A stretch of 64,000 bases of DNA, from NCBI GenBank assembly GCA_039189765.1, contig JBCCYL010000028.1:1-64000 (forward strand), in the 5' to 3' direction. Made by a program: the position numbers and the translations under genes. The notes beneath the pieces were generated by a model, which was not told the DNA's origin, searched no databases, and saw nothing but the letters and a program-made list of their open reading frames with translations. Each line of letters begins with the position of its first letter. The first letter of the stretch is position 1. Shown piece after piece: positions 20,458 through 30,903 of the stretch. The stretch is from Cyanobacteria bacterium P01_F01_bin.150. GTDB lineage: Bacteria; Cyanobacteriota; Cyanobacteriia; CAKZMO01.

Positions 20458-20550
20458 ATGGCTGCGATCGCATATATCGTTATACTCGGTGGCTTTCTAA
20501 CCTTGGCGATTAGTATATTTTGGGGACTCCGTATCGCCAAAATTATTTAG
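20458..20550 (+). CDS. petL: Cytochrome b6f subunit 6 (below the ORF-track cutoff)
   Basis: MAAIAYIVILGGFLTLAISIFWGLRIAKII*: single transmembrane helix with the PetL C-terminal pattern F.GLR..K.I; AAGGA upstream. Confidence 0.85.
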   Translation: MAAIAYIVILGGFLTLAISIFWGLRIAKII

Positions 20551-20870
20551 GTCAACATCCACGAAGATTTTTGGGAGATACCAAGCAATCGCTCTTTCAT
20601 TTATTTTGATAATCAGTATTTCCTTACTTTATGGCAGTGTATGACCACTAGCTGGCAGGGTTCATTACTCTGCCAGCCTTATTGCTATGCACCACAAAAA
20701 ACGTAGCGATAAGGTTCTTAGGGCAAGATCTTAAAAAAAGGGGGGAAATTACGCCATTGTCCCGGGGTGTTTCAGGGCAATAGCTGGTTTAAACTAATGG
20801 TATGCAGACTATGGCGGCTAAGCCCCATAACTTGTACTAACCGATTGAGCAAAGTGTCAAACTGGTAAAG

Positions 20871-21188
20871 ATGGGATTTTTTGAATCAGAAATCGTCCAA
20901 GAAGAAGCTAAGAAGTTGTTTGGAGATTATCAGTCTCTCATTCAACTTGGTAGTGAATATGGAAAATTTGATCGTGAAGGGAAGCTCCTTTACATCGAAC
21001 AGATGGAAGCCATCATGGATCGCTACCGTATTTTTATGAAGCGATTTGAACTATCTGAAGACTTTACGGCTCAAATGACGATGGAGCAATTAAAGACTCA
21101 GTTGGGGCAGTTTGGCATGACTCCGGACCAAATGTTTAGTCAAATGAATACGACTTTGGAACGCATGAAGTCACAAATCGAACCATAG
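20871..21188 (+). CDS. DUF1825-family protein
   Basis: MGFFESEIVQ.EAK.LF.DYQ, KFDREGK, FMKRFELSEDF. Confidence 0.85.
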   Translation: MGFFESEIVQEEAKKLFGDYQSLIQLGSEYGKFDREGKLLYIEQMEAIMDRYRIFMKRFELSEDFTAQMTMEQLKTQLGQFGMTPDQMFSQMNTTLERMKSQIEP

Positions 21189-21267
21189 ATTTTTCCTCAC
21201 CATCCACGTGATTTATGACTTGATGGTGCTCGGAGGCTTTTCTCCGAACCCTTGCCATAATGAAATA

Positions 21268-23196
21268 CTAGGGTCGAGTAAAGTTCGATGATGCAGGAAA
21301 ATCCTCTACCGGGACTCCTTCAAGGGCGCTCAACATAAATTCTCTCCAAACAGGAGCGGCGTGACCACCGCCCGTAGCGCCTCGTGATAAGGGACTATAG
21401 TCATCATTGCCGACCCATACTGCCACTGATAGCTGGGGCACATACCCCATAAACCAAATATCCCGTTCAGACGATGTGGTTCCTGTTTTTCCGGCTGCTG
21501 GACGGCCAATGTTGGCACGTCTGCCAGTTCCACCACTGATCACGCCTTTCAGCATTTCAGTGAGCGAAGCAACTGCCCACTGATTGAGCACTAGCTTCGG
21601 TTTGGGGCGATTGTCAAGCAGCATATTACCATTGCTATCAGTGACTTGCACGATAAATGTTGTATCTGATTGCCATCCCCCACTAGCAAAGGTTGCATAG
21701 GCTCCAGCCATTTCCATCGGGGTCAAATCAACTGCCCCCAAGGGTAAAGAAATAACGGGTTCAATGGGACTAACAATGCCTAGAATACGACATATCTCAA
21801 TAACCTTGTCTAACCCGATCGCTTGACCAAGCTTGACTGCTGGGACATTGCGAGAAGATGAAAGAGCACTGGTCATAGAAATAGGACCTGAAAATGAATT
21901 ATCGTAATTTCGAGGCGAGTAGCGCTTATAGCCGTCGGGATAAGACACTGGACTATCATTAATTACGGAGCCTGGGGTATATTGCCCAGAGGCTAAGGCA
22001 GTGTAATACACAAAAGGCTTGAACGAAGAACCGGGCTGACGATGGGCCTGAATCGCTCGGTTAAACTGACTTTCCTTATAATCAACACCACCGACCATTG
22101 CTTTAACAAAATGAGTGCGCGGATCGACCGCTACTAAAGCGATTTGGTCCGCGCCGACTTGATATCGAAGCCTTTGGTATGCATTTTGAACAATTGCCTC
22201 GGCTTGGCGCTGAAAATTAACGTCAATAGTAGTTTGAACTCGCATACCGCCTTTACGGACTGCTTCCTGCCCAAAGCGATTATTGAGTTCTTGAACAACC
22301 GCATCAGTGATGTATGGAGACTGACTTTGCCTAAAGGATGTTATTTGTCCCAAGCGAATCGGCTCAGCTTTCGCCGCTTCATACTCTTCCTCCGTGATCC
22401 AATTAAGCGTACGCATTCGCCCCAAAACAATGGCTTGTCGCTGCTTTGACAGTTCATAATTAATGAAGGGACTGTAGGTCTCGGGTGCCTGGATCAATCC
22501 AGCCATCATTGCTGATTCCGCTAAAGACAAATCAGCAGATGATTTATTAAAGTAGCTTTGGGCGGCTGTCTCCACTCCATAGGTGTTATGTCCCCAATAC
22601 ACTTGATTGAGATACATTTCTAAAATCTGGGTCTTGGTAAAGATCTGCTCAATTCTAAGGGAAAGAACGGCTTCAGCAACTTTACGGCTAATGCTACGCT
22701 CAGGGGTCAGGAACAAATTCTTGACCAACTGCATCGTTAGGGTAGAGGCACCTTCAACGGTTCGTCCCTGTTCAAGATTTGCCAGAAAGGCACGGCCAAT
22801 ACTTGTTGGATTGATGCCCTTGTGAGTGAAAAAATGACTGTCTTCAATCGCTAAAACAGCTCGTTTCAAATCAGGAGATATTTCATCAACGGTAACGACA
22901 TCCCGATTAACTTCATCATGAATGCTATCCAGTAATACCCCATTGATGTCGTAGATATAGGACGTTTCCGTTGGGATATAGTCTCGCAAAATCCTGACGT
23001 CTGGGAGGTTCCGAAAACTGACGGCTAATCCGACGAGTCCTCCTGCCACTATTGAACTTGCAACCATAGTGACGCTGAGTATAGTCCCTGCCGTGACAGT
23101 GCCCACACCTTGGATGAAATGAAACACTCCTTTCTGCTGACGAGGGACTGGACGTCTACTCGCAATTTGAGCCGATTGTCTAACGTTATCTACCAC
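21268..23196 (-). CDS. Class A penicillin-binding protein (PBP1A family)
   Basis: AIEDSHF, GASTLTMQLVKN, SSFKP, SRN, KTGT. Confidence 0.95.
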   Translation of the reverse strand: MVDNVRQSAQIASRRPVPRQQKGVFHFIQGVGTVTAGTILSVTMVASSIVAGGLVGLAVSFRNLPDVRILRDYIPTETSYIYDINGVLLDSIHDEVNRDVVTVDEISPDLKRAVLAIEDSHFFTHKGINPTSIGRAFLANLEQGRTVEGASTLTMQLVKNLFLTPERSISRKVAEAVLSLRIEQIFTKTQILEMYLNQVYWGHNTYGVETAAQSYFNKSSADLSLAESAMMAGLIQAPETYSPFINYELSKQRQAIVLGRMRTLNWITEEEYEAAKAEPIRLGQITSFRQSQSPYITDAVVQELNNRFGQEAVRKGGMRVQTTIDVNFQRQAEAIVQNAYQRLRYQVGADQIALVAVDPRTHFVKAMVGGVDYKESQFNRAIQAHRQPGSSFKPFVYYTALASGQYTPGSVINDSPVSYPDGYKRYSPRNYDNSFSGPISMTSALSSSRNVPAVKLGQAIGLDKVIEICRILGIVSPIEPVISLPLGAVDLTPMEMAGAYATFASGGWQSDTTFIVQVTDSNGNMLLDNRPKPKLVLNQWAVASLTEMLKGVISGGTGRRANIGRPAAGKTGTTSSERDIWFMGYVPQLSVAVWVGNDDYSPLSRGATGGGHAAPVWREFMLSALEGVPVEDFPASSNFTRP

Positions 23197-23493
23197 GCTG
23201 AATATGAATAAATTTGGGGTTTATACAGTTTTTCTATTGTAAATAGCATTAATCGTAAACGATCTTAGCTGGAATGGTTATGACATTGTAAGCAAACCAA
23301 ACAATTGGCCTTACTTCACAATGCAGATAAACCAGTTTGGTAAGCATCAAATTCAGTCTTTTGGGGCTGAGCGGAATAATCTGATGGCTTTCGCATAACA
23401 AATATATAGACCAGAATTATCAGTAGTTAATAAAGCTATAGGGTTTTTACACTATTACATGCAGCCAATCCGTAATTTTCAAAGGGTTACTAG

Positions 23494-23571
23494 TACCGCG
23501 TCAGCTTTATTTTGAGGGGAAAATCCCGTAGGGATTTTCCCCTCATTTATTTCCTGACAGAGTACTAGCTA
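23494..23571. repeat. Dispersed repeat family B copy
   Basis: taccgcgtcagctttattttgaggggaaaatcccgtagggattttcccctcatttatttcctgacagagtactagcta. Confidence 0.9.
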
Positions 23572-23754
23572 TCTAGATTTAAATTAAGCAGTGAGTGCCA
23601 AAATCTTTACCAAAGCGGCTAACTCACTGTTAGCATGTTTTAGGCTAGCTCATGTGCAGGTGTAGTGTGAGTATATGCTCTAGCAACTTATTGATGCACC
23701 CTTCTCACCTGTTTAATAACGTTTTTCATCACATAATCTCCGCTTTAAATCCTT

Positions 23755-24999
23755 ATGTCAGAGTCCACTCCATTTTCCAACGCGAATCGTTCATCTTCTC
23801 TGGAATGGCTTCACAGGGGCACCCATGAGATATTTCCCGATCAGCCGGAATCTGATAGTCCTGATGAGAATGTAGTAAGACGCATCAAAACTAGCGATCG
23901 CCCCCTTCGCATCAAACTGGGCATCGATCCGACTGGAACTGATATCCATCTTGGCCACAGCACCTTATTTCGAAAGTTGCGAGCATTTCAAGACGCTGGG
24001 CACACTGCGGTGCTAATTATTGGAGACTTTACAGCTCGGATTGGCGACCCTACGGGTAAATCCGATGTGCGGAAGCAGCTAACAGAGGGGCAAGTTAAGG
24101 AAAATGCGGAGACTTACCTGGAGCAAGTACGACCGATTTTAGATTTTGAGACTCCTGGTCGATTGGAAATTCGATACAACTCCGAGTGGCTGGCGGATCT
24201 AGACTTAACAAAAATTTTGGAGCTGTTGGCTACGATGACCGTGGGGCAAATGTTGGCCAAGGAAGGATTTGCTGAACGATACAAAAAAGAGACGCCCATC
24301 TTTCTGCATGAGTTTCTTTATCCCCTTATGCAGGGCTACGATTCAGTGGCAGTTAAAGCCGATGTGGAATTGGGTGGAACCGATCAGAAATTTAATTTAG
24401 CAGTGGGTCGAGATCTTCAACGACATTTTGGACAGCAGCCTCAGTTTGGCTTGTTGATGCCGATTTTACTGGGGACGGATGGTGTGCAGAAAATGTCTAA
24501 GTCCCTGAATAACTACGTGGGTTTAAACGAGAGTGCATTGTCGATGTATTCAAAGCTGGAAAAGACTCCTGACAGCATTATTAACAATTATTTTGAGCTG
24601 CTGACAAATCTTGTTGAGGAGGATTTGCCAGAAAATCCTCGGGAGCGTCAAAAGGCCTTAGCGGTGGAGGTGGCGCGCCAGTATCACGGAGAGCAGGCGG
24701 CTCTAGATGCGAAAAAAGCGGCGGAAGAACTCACCCAGGGAGATGCATCAAAAGCGGAGGCAGTGCCGGAATTCTCTATTGTGGATCTATCGTTTCCCAG
24801 TAAGATGTTCTTTATTTTGGGGGCAAGCCCATTGTGTAAGAGCAGCGGTGAAGGGCGACGACAGATTCAAGGAGGTGCAGTCAAGCTAGATGGCGATCGC
24901 ATCCAAGACCCTAATTTAGTGATTGAATCCGCCGACGAGTTAGATGGCAAAGTCCTGAGTGTCGGTAAAAAACGATTTGTGAGATTGGTTAACAGTTAA
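23755..24999 (+). CDS. tyrS: Tyrosine--tRNA ligase
   Basis: [24 protein letters not shown]4-like C-terminus. Confidence 0.97.
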   Translation: MSESTPFSNANRSSSLEWLHRGTHEIFPDQPESDSPDENVVRRIKTSDRPLRIKLGIDPTGTDIHLGHSTLFRKLRAFQDAGHTAVLIIGDFTARIGDPTGKSDVRKQLTEGQVKENAETYLEQVRPILDFETPGRLEIRYNSEWLADLDLTKILELLATMTVGQMLAKEGFAERYKKETPIFLHEFLYPLMQGYDSVAVKADVELGGTDQKFNLAVGRDLQRHFGQQPQFGLLMPILLGTDGVQKMSKSLNNYVGLNESALSMYSKLEKTPDSIINNYFELLTNLVEEDLPENPRERQKALAVEVARQYHGEQAALDAKKAAEELTQGDASKAEAVPEFSIVDLSFPSKMFFILGASPLCKSSGEGRRQIQGGAVKLDGDRIQDPNLVIESADELDGKVLSVGKKRFVRLVNS

Positions 25000-25038
25000 C
25001 GTGAATACACTCGATGTCAGTAGGAGGGGGATTCGATT

Positions 25039-26988
25039 ATGCCATTCAATTGGTTCAAGCGACAGTTTGGGGACAAGAAAAAAGACGAGGCATCTCAGCA
25101 AGAATCCCCTAGCCCAAAAGAAAGTCAGGAAAAAGTAGATTCGGCTTCTGATGAACCCGATTCGCAATCATCCCAAGAATCTGCGGCTGACTCAGCATCC
25201 ACAGTGGATACGACCCCTGACAATGCCAATGACTATCTCCAATGGGCCAAAGCCGCTTACCAAAATATCCAAAAACAGCGGAAGGCAGCAGAGGTAACCG
25301 ACCCAGCAGAAGCGGATGCAGCCGAAAGTGACAGTGAAGCGTCTACTACAGCGGAACAAGACGATCGGGAGGAGAATCAGCAAAGAGAACCATCAGAAAC
25401 TACCGTTGAGTCTGATGACTCCCAAAGCTCTTCAGAAGTTGCCTCCGAGAAGATTGGCGAGTCAGCCTCTAGACAAGCTTCTGGGAAGATTGCCGGGAAT
25501 ATCTCCGGAAATCTTTTCGGTAATCTTACGGGCAAAACCACTGGAGAAGTTGATGCACCTGCCTCTGAGGCCAGTGAGGCAAGTTCACTGCCACAGGAAG
25601 AGCCATCCCAGTCCGAAATCGGGACAGATGAAGACTCTGAGGACTCAACAGTCAGTGATGAGGTTGCTGCCACGCCCGCTGTTACGGCCACAGACAATGA
25701 CGATACACCATCTGTAGAACCCCTGGAAGCATCTGAGGAGTCCACAGCTAATGTTACAGAAGTCACGTCCGGGGCTGAACGATCTGGCCTTGAGGATACC
25801 CCTACGAATGAACCTGCTGACACTGGGACGGGAGCTATTGACTCTGACATGAAAACTGATGCAGATCAGGAAGTCACCACTGCGGCCTTACCCTTTTGGG
25901 CAAAAGCAGAGGCAGAGCGTCAGGAACGCTTAGAAAGGCTCAAAGAGACTGCTATTGAAGAATCGGAAGAGCCAGAGGTCCAACTGGATGAAGACTTTGT
26001 CTGGTCCGCAGGTGTATTAGCGTCTCAGGGACGGAAAGCAGATGAAGTCTCCATGGAGGAGATCACCTGGCTAACCAAGCTTCGTCAAGGCTTAGGCAAA
26101 ACCCGTCGGGGTTTAATGAATGAGCTGAAGGCCGTTGTGGGTCAAGGGCCACTCAATGCCGATGCAGTAATGGAAATTGAGTCTCTCCTGCTCCAGGCTG
26201 ACGTAGGTATTGATGCCACTGATTATGTCATTGAGTCGCTGCAAGCTCGAATGAAAGAAGGCGCACTACCACCAGAAGAAGCGATCGCCTACTTGAAAGA
26301 AATCTTGCGAGGCATTTTAGATAAGCCGTTTGAGTCAGAGTACACAGAAGAATTTGTCCCGGAAAAAGATTGTCTCAATATTTGGTTACTCACCGGTGTC
26401 AACGGTGCTGGTAAAACCACGACAATTGGGAAATTAGCCCACATGACGCGAACCTCTGATTATCGATGTTTAATTGCAGCTGCGGATACGTTTAGAGCAG
26501 CGGCAGTGGAGCAAGTGAAGGTATGGGGTGAACGTAGTGGAGTTGATGTTATTGCTAACCCTGGCCAAAATACTGATCCGGCCGCTGTGGTTTTTGATGC
26601 TATCTCTGCGGCTCAAGCACGCGATGTTGAATTGCTGCTTGTCGATACAGCAGGTCGTCTCCAGAATAAGAAGAACCTGATGGCCGAATTAAGCAAAATT
26701 CGTCGGATTGTTGACAAGAAAGCGTCTAGTGCGAAAGTGGAGTCTTTACTGGTATTAGATGCAACCCTAGGGCAAAATGGCCTACGCCAAGCCCAAGTGT
26801 TTTCTGAGGCGGCAAAACTTAGTGGTGTGGTCCTGACAAAACTAGATGGTTCTGCAAAGGGGGGCGTTGCATTGGCCGTTGTTCAGCAGTTAGGGTTACC
26901 TATTCGATTTGTTGGTGCGGGTGAAGGCATAGAAGACTTACGTCCTTTCTCAAGTTATGAATTTGTAGAAGCATTATTGAGTGCCTAA
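25039..26988 (+). CDS. ftsY: Signal recognition particle receptor with a long acidic N-terminus
   Basis: GVNGAGKTTT, DTFRAAA, DTAGR, TKLDGSAKGG. Confidence 0.96.
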   Translation: MPFNWFKRQFGDKKKDEASQQESPSPKESQEKVDSASDEPDSQSSQESAADSASTVDTTPDNANDYLQWAKAAYQNIQKQRKAAEVTDPAEADAAESDSEASTTAEQDDREENQQREPSETTVESDDSQSSSEVASEKIGESASRQASGKIAGNISGNLFGNLTGKTTGEVDAPASEASEASSLPQEEPSQSEIGTDEDSEDSTVSDEVAATPAVTATDNDDTPSVEPLEASEESTANVTEVTSGAERSGLEDTPTNEPADTGTGAIDSDMKTDADQEVTTAALPFWAKAEAERQERLERLKETAIEESEEPEVQLDEDFVWSAGVLASQGRKADEVSMEEITWLTKLRQGLGKTRRGLMNELKAVVGQGPLNADAVMEIESLLLQADVGIDATDYVIESLQARMKEGALPPEEAIAYLKEILRGILDKPFESEYTEEFVPEKDCLNIWLLTGVNGAGKTTTIGKLAHMTRTSDYRCLIAAADTFRAAAVEQVKVWGERSGVDVIANPGQNTDPAAVVFDAISAAQARDVELLLVDTAGRLQNKKNLMAELSKIRRIVDKKASSAKVESLLVLDATLGQNGLRQAQVFSEAAKLSGVVLTKLDGSAKGGVALAVVQQLGLPIRFVGAGEGIEDLRPFSSYEFVEALLSA

Positions 26989-27122
26989 AAGAACTGTTAA
27001 TTTTAATTATGGGTATGTTCCATCCATTTTTAAGAAAAGCGGTGACATGAGCAGTCATAGTTAGGAATTGTTATTTTTAACATATGTCTGAAATTGGCCC
27101 CCGTAGAAGCGATGAGTATCAA

Positions 27123-27201
27123 GGTATCAACTTTAGGCGGGTAGTGTGGGCGCGTCGTGCCCACACTACCGTTAATATTGTTTCGCGCTAAAACGAAACC
27201 C
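27123..27201 (+). repeat. Dispersed repeat family A copy (full)
   Basis: ggtatcaactttaggcgggtagtgtgggcgcgtcgtgcccacactaccgttaatattgtttcgcgctaaaacgaaaccc. Confidence 0.92.
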
Positions 27202-27288
27202 AAGAGACGATAGCTTTCCATATGGCTTTCTTATGTTTACCCAATATTCTAGTTACTAGAGAAGACCTTTTCAGTACTTGTGTGATGT

Positions 27289-27327
27289 ATAGCTCCTCTC
27301 CGGCATGGGGGTTGGAGCTATTTTTTT
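27289..27327 (+). terminator. Intrinsic terminator-like hairpin
   Basis: atagctcc...ggagctat followed by a T-run. Confidence 0.6.
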
Positions 27328-27949
27328 GTTTGCATTAATACTCATATGCCATTTCACTCCACAGTATCTTGCATTAAGATATGGCTACAGACACCTGCAT
27401 TCGGACGGAGACGTTTTTGTGCAGGCGCAACGTGCCCCAACAAAAATATCCTCTCTAATGTGACCATGACGATGCAAGCTGATTGGGCAAGAAATCTCTA
27501 CAGAATTTTCCTGAATTCTTCAGGCCAGAGCAGGAGACTTTGCCAAAAAGCTACTTTTAGAGAGGCCCAGGGCACAATAGCGCTGTAAAGACTTTTGAAC
27601 AAGTAAAATGACGCTACGACACAGACCTAAGATTCAAAGGGAATAATTCGTTAGTATGATGAACCAGGCTTCGTCTAGAGATAATCGACTAAAATTAGGT
27701 AAAGTGTTGGTACTCCCTGTTGCCGCGTGGGCTTAATTTTTACTTAGATATTTCTGAGGATGTTATTGCCCCCTGTTACAGGCCCGTTTCTAATCTGCGG
27801 CTGATGGACGAATCCATTTATGGCCTAAGAAGGTGTTAAACCAGTGTTCTCTTCAATTAAGTGCAATTTATTACGCTATATCGTGGTATTGATCCAAAAG
27901 CTCAACTGATTTGAGCCAAATAAAAGAATCGGATTTGGGAGTATCGCTT

Positions 27950-29203
27950 GTGAACAAAAACATACTGGTCATTGAGGATGAAATCCATATCCGAGAGCTG
28001 ATTGTAGAGTTATTAGAAGATGCTGATTTTCAGGTTATTAGTGCAGGCAATGGAAACGTAGGTCTATCTCTGGCAGAAGAGCAGGTGCCTGATCTGGTGA
28101 TCTGTGACATTATGATGCCGGGTTTAGATGGGTATGAAGTATTACGGCGGATGAGGCAAAACCTGCGTACCGCAGCTATTCCTCTCATTTTTCTCACGGC
28201 TAAGACTGAACGTCTCGATTTTCGAAAAGGCATGGTTTTAGGGGCCGATGACTACATCACTAAGCCATTTACCTGTGATGAGCTACTCGATTCCATCAAC
28301 ACCCGTCTTGCTAAACATGCATTAATTCAGCAAACCTGCAACATCCGAGCACAACTTTCTCAGCTAAATGGTAACGGCAAGTTACCTATCAAGCACGCTA
28401 TTAGAGAATCTCATTTGTATAAAGCGCTTGAGTATTCTGAATTTGAGCTGTACTATCAGCCCCAATTTGATATCGAGACGAATGCTTTAGTTGGGGCAGA
28501 AGCCTTAATTCGCTGGAATTCGCCGCAGTTCGGGTTGGTGGAACCAATTGAGTTTATTGCATTGGCAGAAGAAACTGGATTTATTATTTTGTTGGATCAG
28601 TGGGTCATCCAAACCGCTTGTACCCAGGCAAAGATATGGCAAAATCTAGGACTACCGCCGCTTCGCGTTGCCATTAACTTATCAAGTTTGCAATTTAATC
28701 ATCCCCATTTGACAGAACGCATTGCCCAAGTCCTTATATCCACTGGACTACATCCCCAGTGTCTTGAAATTGAATTAACTGAATCGTTGTTAGTTCAAGA
28801 TGTAGATGAAACCATTCGCCGTTTACAGGAATTAAAAGAACTGAGCATTCAAATCGCTATTGATGACTTTGGTACAGGGTATGCATCATTAGGATATTTA
28901 CAACATTTTCCCTTCGATATCCTCAAACTCGACCAGTGCTTTGTCAGAGATGTCAATAGTAATTCAACCAATGCAGCGATCGCCACTGCGGTCATCAAAA
29001 TGGCCCATGACCTAAAGCTAACGGTGATTGCAGAGGGCGTTGAAACAGAGGCCGAGCGACAATTCTTACTATCTCATCGGTGTGATGTAATTCAGGGATA
29101 TTTGATGAGCCATCCCTTATCAGCAGATGACTTTAAATCATTCCAAGCGTCTCTCCTTAATCATCCCTTTTCCATGTCCCCTGAGCGCTGGTCCAATTTA
29201 TAA
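27950..29203 (+). CDS. Response regulator with EAL c-di-GMP phosphodiesterase domain (REC-EAL)
   Basis: LVIEDE, CDIMMPG, ITKPF; YYQP, EALIRW, EIELTE, DDFGTGY, AEGVE, QGY. GTG 27950 preferred as start. Confidence 0.93.
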   Translation: MNKNILVIEDEIHIRELIVELLEDADFQVISAGNGNVGLSLAEEQVPDLVICDIMMPGLDGYEVLRRMRQNLRTAAIPLIFLTAKTERLDFRKGMVLGADDYITKPFTCDELLDSINTRLAKHALIQQTCNIRAQLSQLNGNGKLPIKHAIRESHLYKALEYSEFELYYQPQFDIETNALVGAEALIRWNSPQFGLVEPIEFIALAEETGFIILLDQWVIQTACTQAKIWQNLGLPPLRVAINLSSLQFNHPHLTERIAQVLISTGLHPQCLEIELTESLLVQDVDETIRRLQELKELSIQIAIDDFGTGYASLGYLQHFPFDILKLDQCFVRDVNSNSTNAAIATAVIKMAHDLKLTVIAEGVETEAERQFLLSHRCDVIQGYLMSHPLSADDFKSFQASLLNHPFSMSPERWSNL

Positions 29204-29229
29204 GCTTTTCCGAGAGATAATCATCAAGC

Positions 29230-30135
29230 CTATAAATAGAGCGTGGAGCCTAAAATCATCCCAGCCAGCAATATAAAACCAATCCACACATTCTGCCCAA
29301 AAACTTTTCCAAAAATATGAGCGGGTGGATGAGATGGTCGCAGTTGCAAATATTGCCATACCCACAAAGCCATCGATATCCCTACCGATCCGACATACCA
29401 AGCATTGAGTTGCAAAAGGCTGCCGACCTTGAGTAGTAGAACAGCCGTGGCAACAAAAAAGGCAAGGACTGCCTCAGCGGCCCACTTACCAAAGAACAGG
29501 GCACTAGAGTTCACCCCAACCTTAATATCATCGTCTCGATCAGACATCGCGTAAACAGTGTCAAACCCCATCGTCCACATGATGACAGCTCCCCATAATA
29601 ACCAAGTGACAGAATCAAGAGACGCTGTAACGGCAGTCCAACTAATTAAGACGGCAAACCCCCAAGCTAAAGATAAAACCAATTGAGGAACCGGAAAGAA
29701 TCGCTTGGCGAGAGGATACAGAACAATAAACGGAATGGCCGCAACGCATAATCCGAAGCTAAGGCGAGTCAGATAGAGAGCCAATCCACCCGCGCAAAGA
29801 AACGCCACCAGCATCACAACGATGCCAGTCTTGACAGTTAAAGCACGGGATGCCAGAGGACGATTTTTAGTACGTTCTACATTCGGATCAATATTCCGAT
29901 CCCACAAGTCATTAGCAACACAGCCAGCAGCGCTTGTCGCAAGACTTCCAAACACTATTACACCAAACAATAGTACATCTGGAAGTCGCCCTGGCTCGAC
30001 ACTATGGCTGGCCAATACAATGGCCCACAGCGCTGGCAGCATCAAAATCAATCGCCCAGCAGGTTTGTTCCACCGTAATAGGCGAATAACTGTTTTCCAT
30101 GTGGGTTCTGGAGAATGATTGGTTGAAAACGTCAT
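29230..30135 (-). CDS. ubiA: 4-hydroxybenzoate solanesyltransferase
   Basis: RWNKPAG, NDLWDRNID, RPLAS, YPLAKR, DTVYAMSDRDDD. Confidence 0.93.
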   Translation of the reverse strand: MTFSTNHSPEPTWKTVIRLLRWNKPAGRLILMLPALWAIVLASHSVEPGRLPDVLLFGVIVFGSLATSAAGCVANDLWDRNIDPNVERTKNRPLASRALTVKTGIVVMLVAFLCAGGLALYLTRLSFGLCVAAIPFIVLYPLAKRFFPVPQLVLSLAWGFAVLISWTAVTASLDSVTWLLWGAVIMWTMGFDTVYAMSDRDDDIKVGVNSSALFFGKWAAEAVLAFFVATAVLLLKVGSLLQLNAWYVGSVGISMALWVWQYLQLRPSHPPAHIFGKVFGQNVWIGFILLAGMILGSTLYL

Positions 30136-30238
30136 AAAGAAAGATGAGGAGTAAGCAAACGAATGCACGTCAGTACATTAAGTTATTTAAATACTATCGT
30201 ACGAAGTGGCAAAGAGTTGAGTAAACGACAGAGGGTAT

Positions 30239-30853
30239 ATGATCATCGCGATCGCCAGCTTTAAGGGTGGTGTGGGAAAAACAACAACAGCTATACATCT
30301 AGCGGCTTATTTACAAAGCAAGGCTGAAACACTTTTAATAGATACCGATCCTAATTGTTCAGCAATTGCCTGGGCCAAGCGAGGTGCGTTGCCCTTTGAT
30401 GTGGTTGATGCGTGGAACCAAGCCGCTCCCAAGGACTATCATCATGTGGTTATTGATACTCAATCTCGGCCTACAGCAAATGATTTAGCCATTTTGACCG
30501 ATAGCTGTGACCTACTTATTTTGCCCACAACTCCCGATATTTTAGCGATGGAGGCCCTGTTGCTAACGTTAGAACATCTCCATTCTATAGAAGCCTATCG
30601 ATATCGCATCTTGCTGACGGTTGTTCCCCCTAAGCCCAGCAAAGATGCAGAATAAGCTAGAGCAATGTTCGTGGATGCTGAGCTTCCCCTGTTTGACGTG
30701 GATATTCCTCGGCTAGCAGTCTATCGGAAAGCCGCTAGCGAAGGAGATATTGTCGGGCAAGTGCAGCGAGATAAAGCGAACAATAGCCCATCCCAAAGGG
30801 CATGGCTTGCCTATGAACAGGTTGGCAAAAAAGTGCTGGCATTGAAGGTATAA
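30239..30853 (+). pseudogene. ParA-family ATPase split by one in-frame TAA (30653-30655)
   Basis: KGGVGKTT and IDT motifs; both track ORFs are in the same frame: ...PSKDAE*ARAMFVDAELPLF...IPRL..Y...AY. Confidence 0.85.
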
Positions 30854-30902
30854 GCAGTGGGTGCTAAAGGATTCTCCCCACTACCCGCTTAAAGTTGATA
30901 CC
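30854..30902 (-). repeat. Partial dispersed repeat family A copy
   Basis: ...ccccactacccgcttaaagttgatacc between convergent genes. Confidence 0.75.
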
Positions 30903-30903
30903 T

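Noticed and set aside
27030..27588. Short ORFs 27030-27221 and 27346-27588
   Set aside because: The first is largely a translation of a family A repeat (HYPPKVDT also appears upstream of wza); the second has no recognisable features.
30653..30655. Programmed stop-codon recoding (Sec/Pyl) in ParA
   Set aside because: The codon is TAA, not TGA or TAG, and no SECIS-like hairpin is evident.
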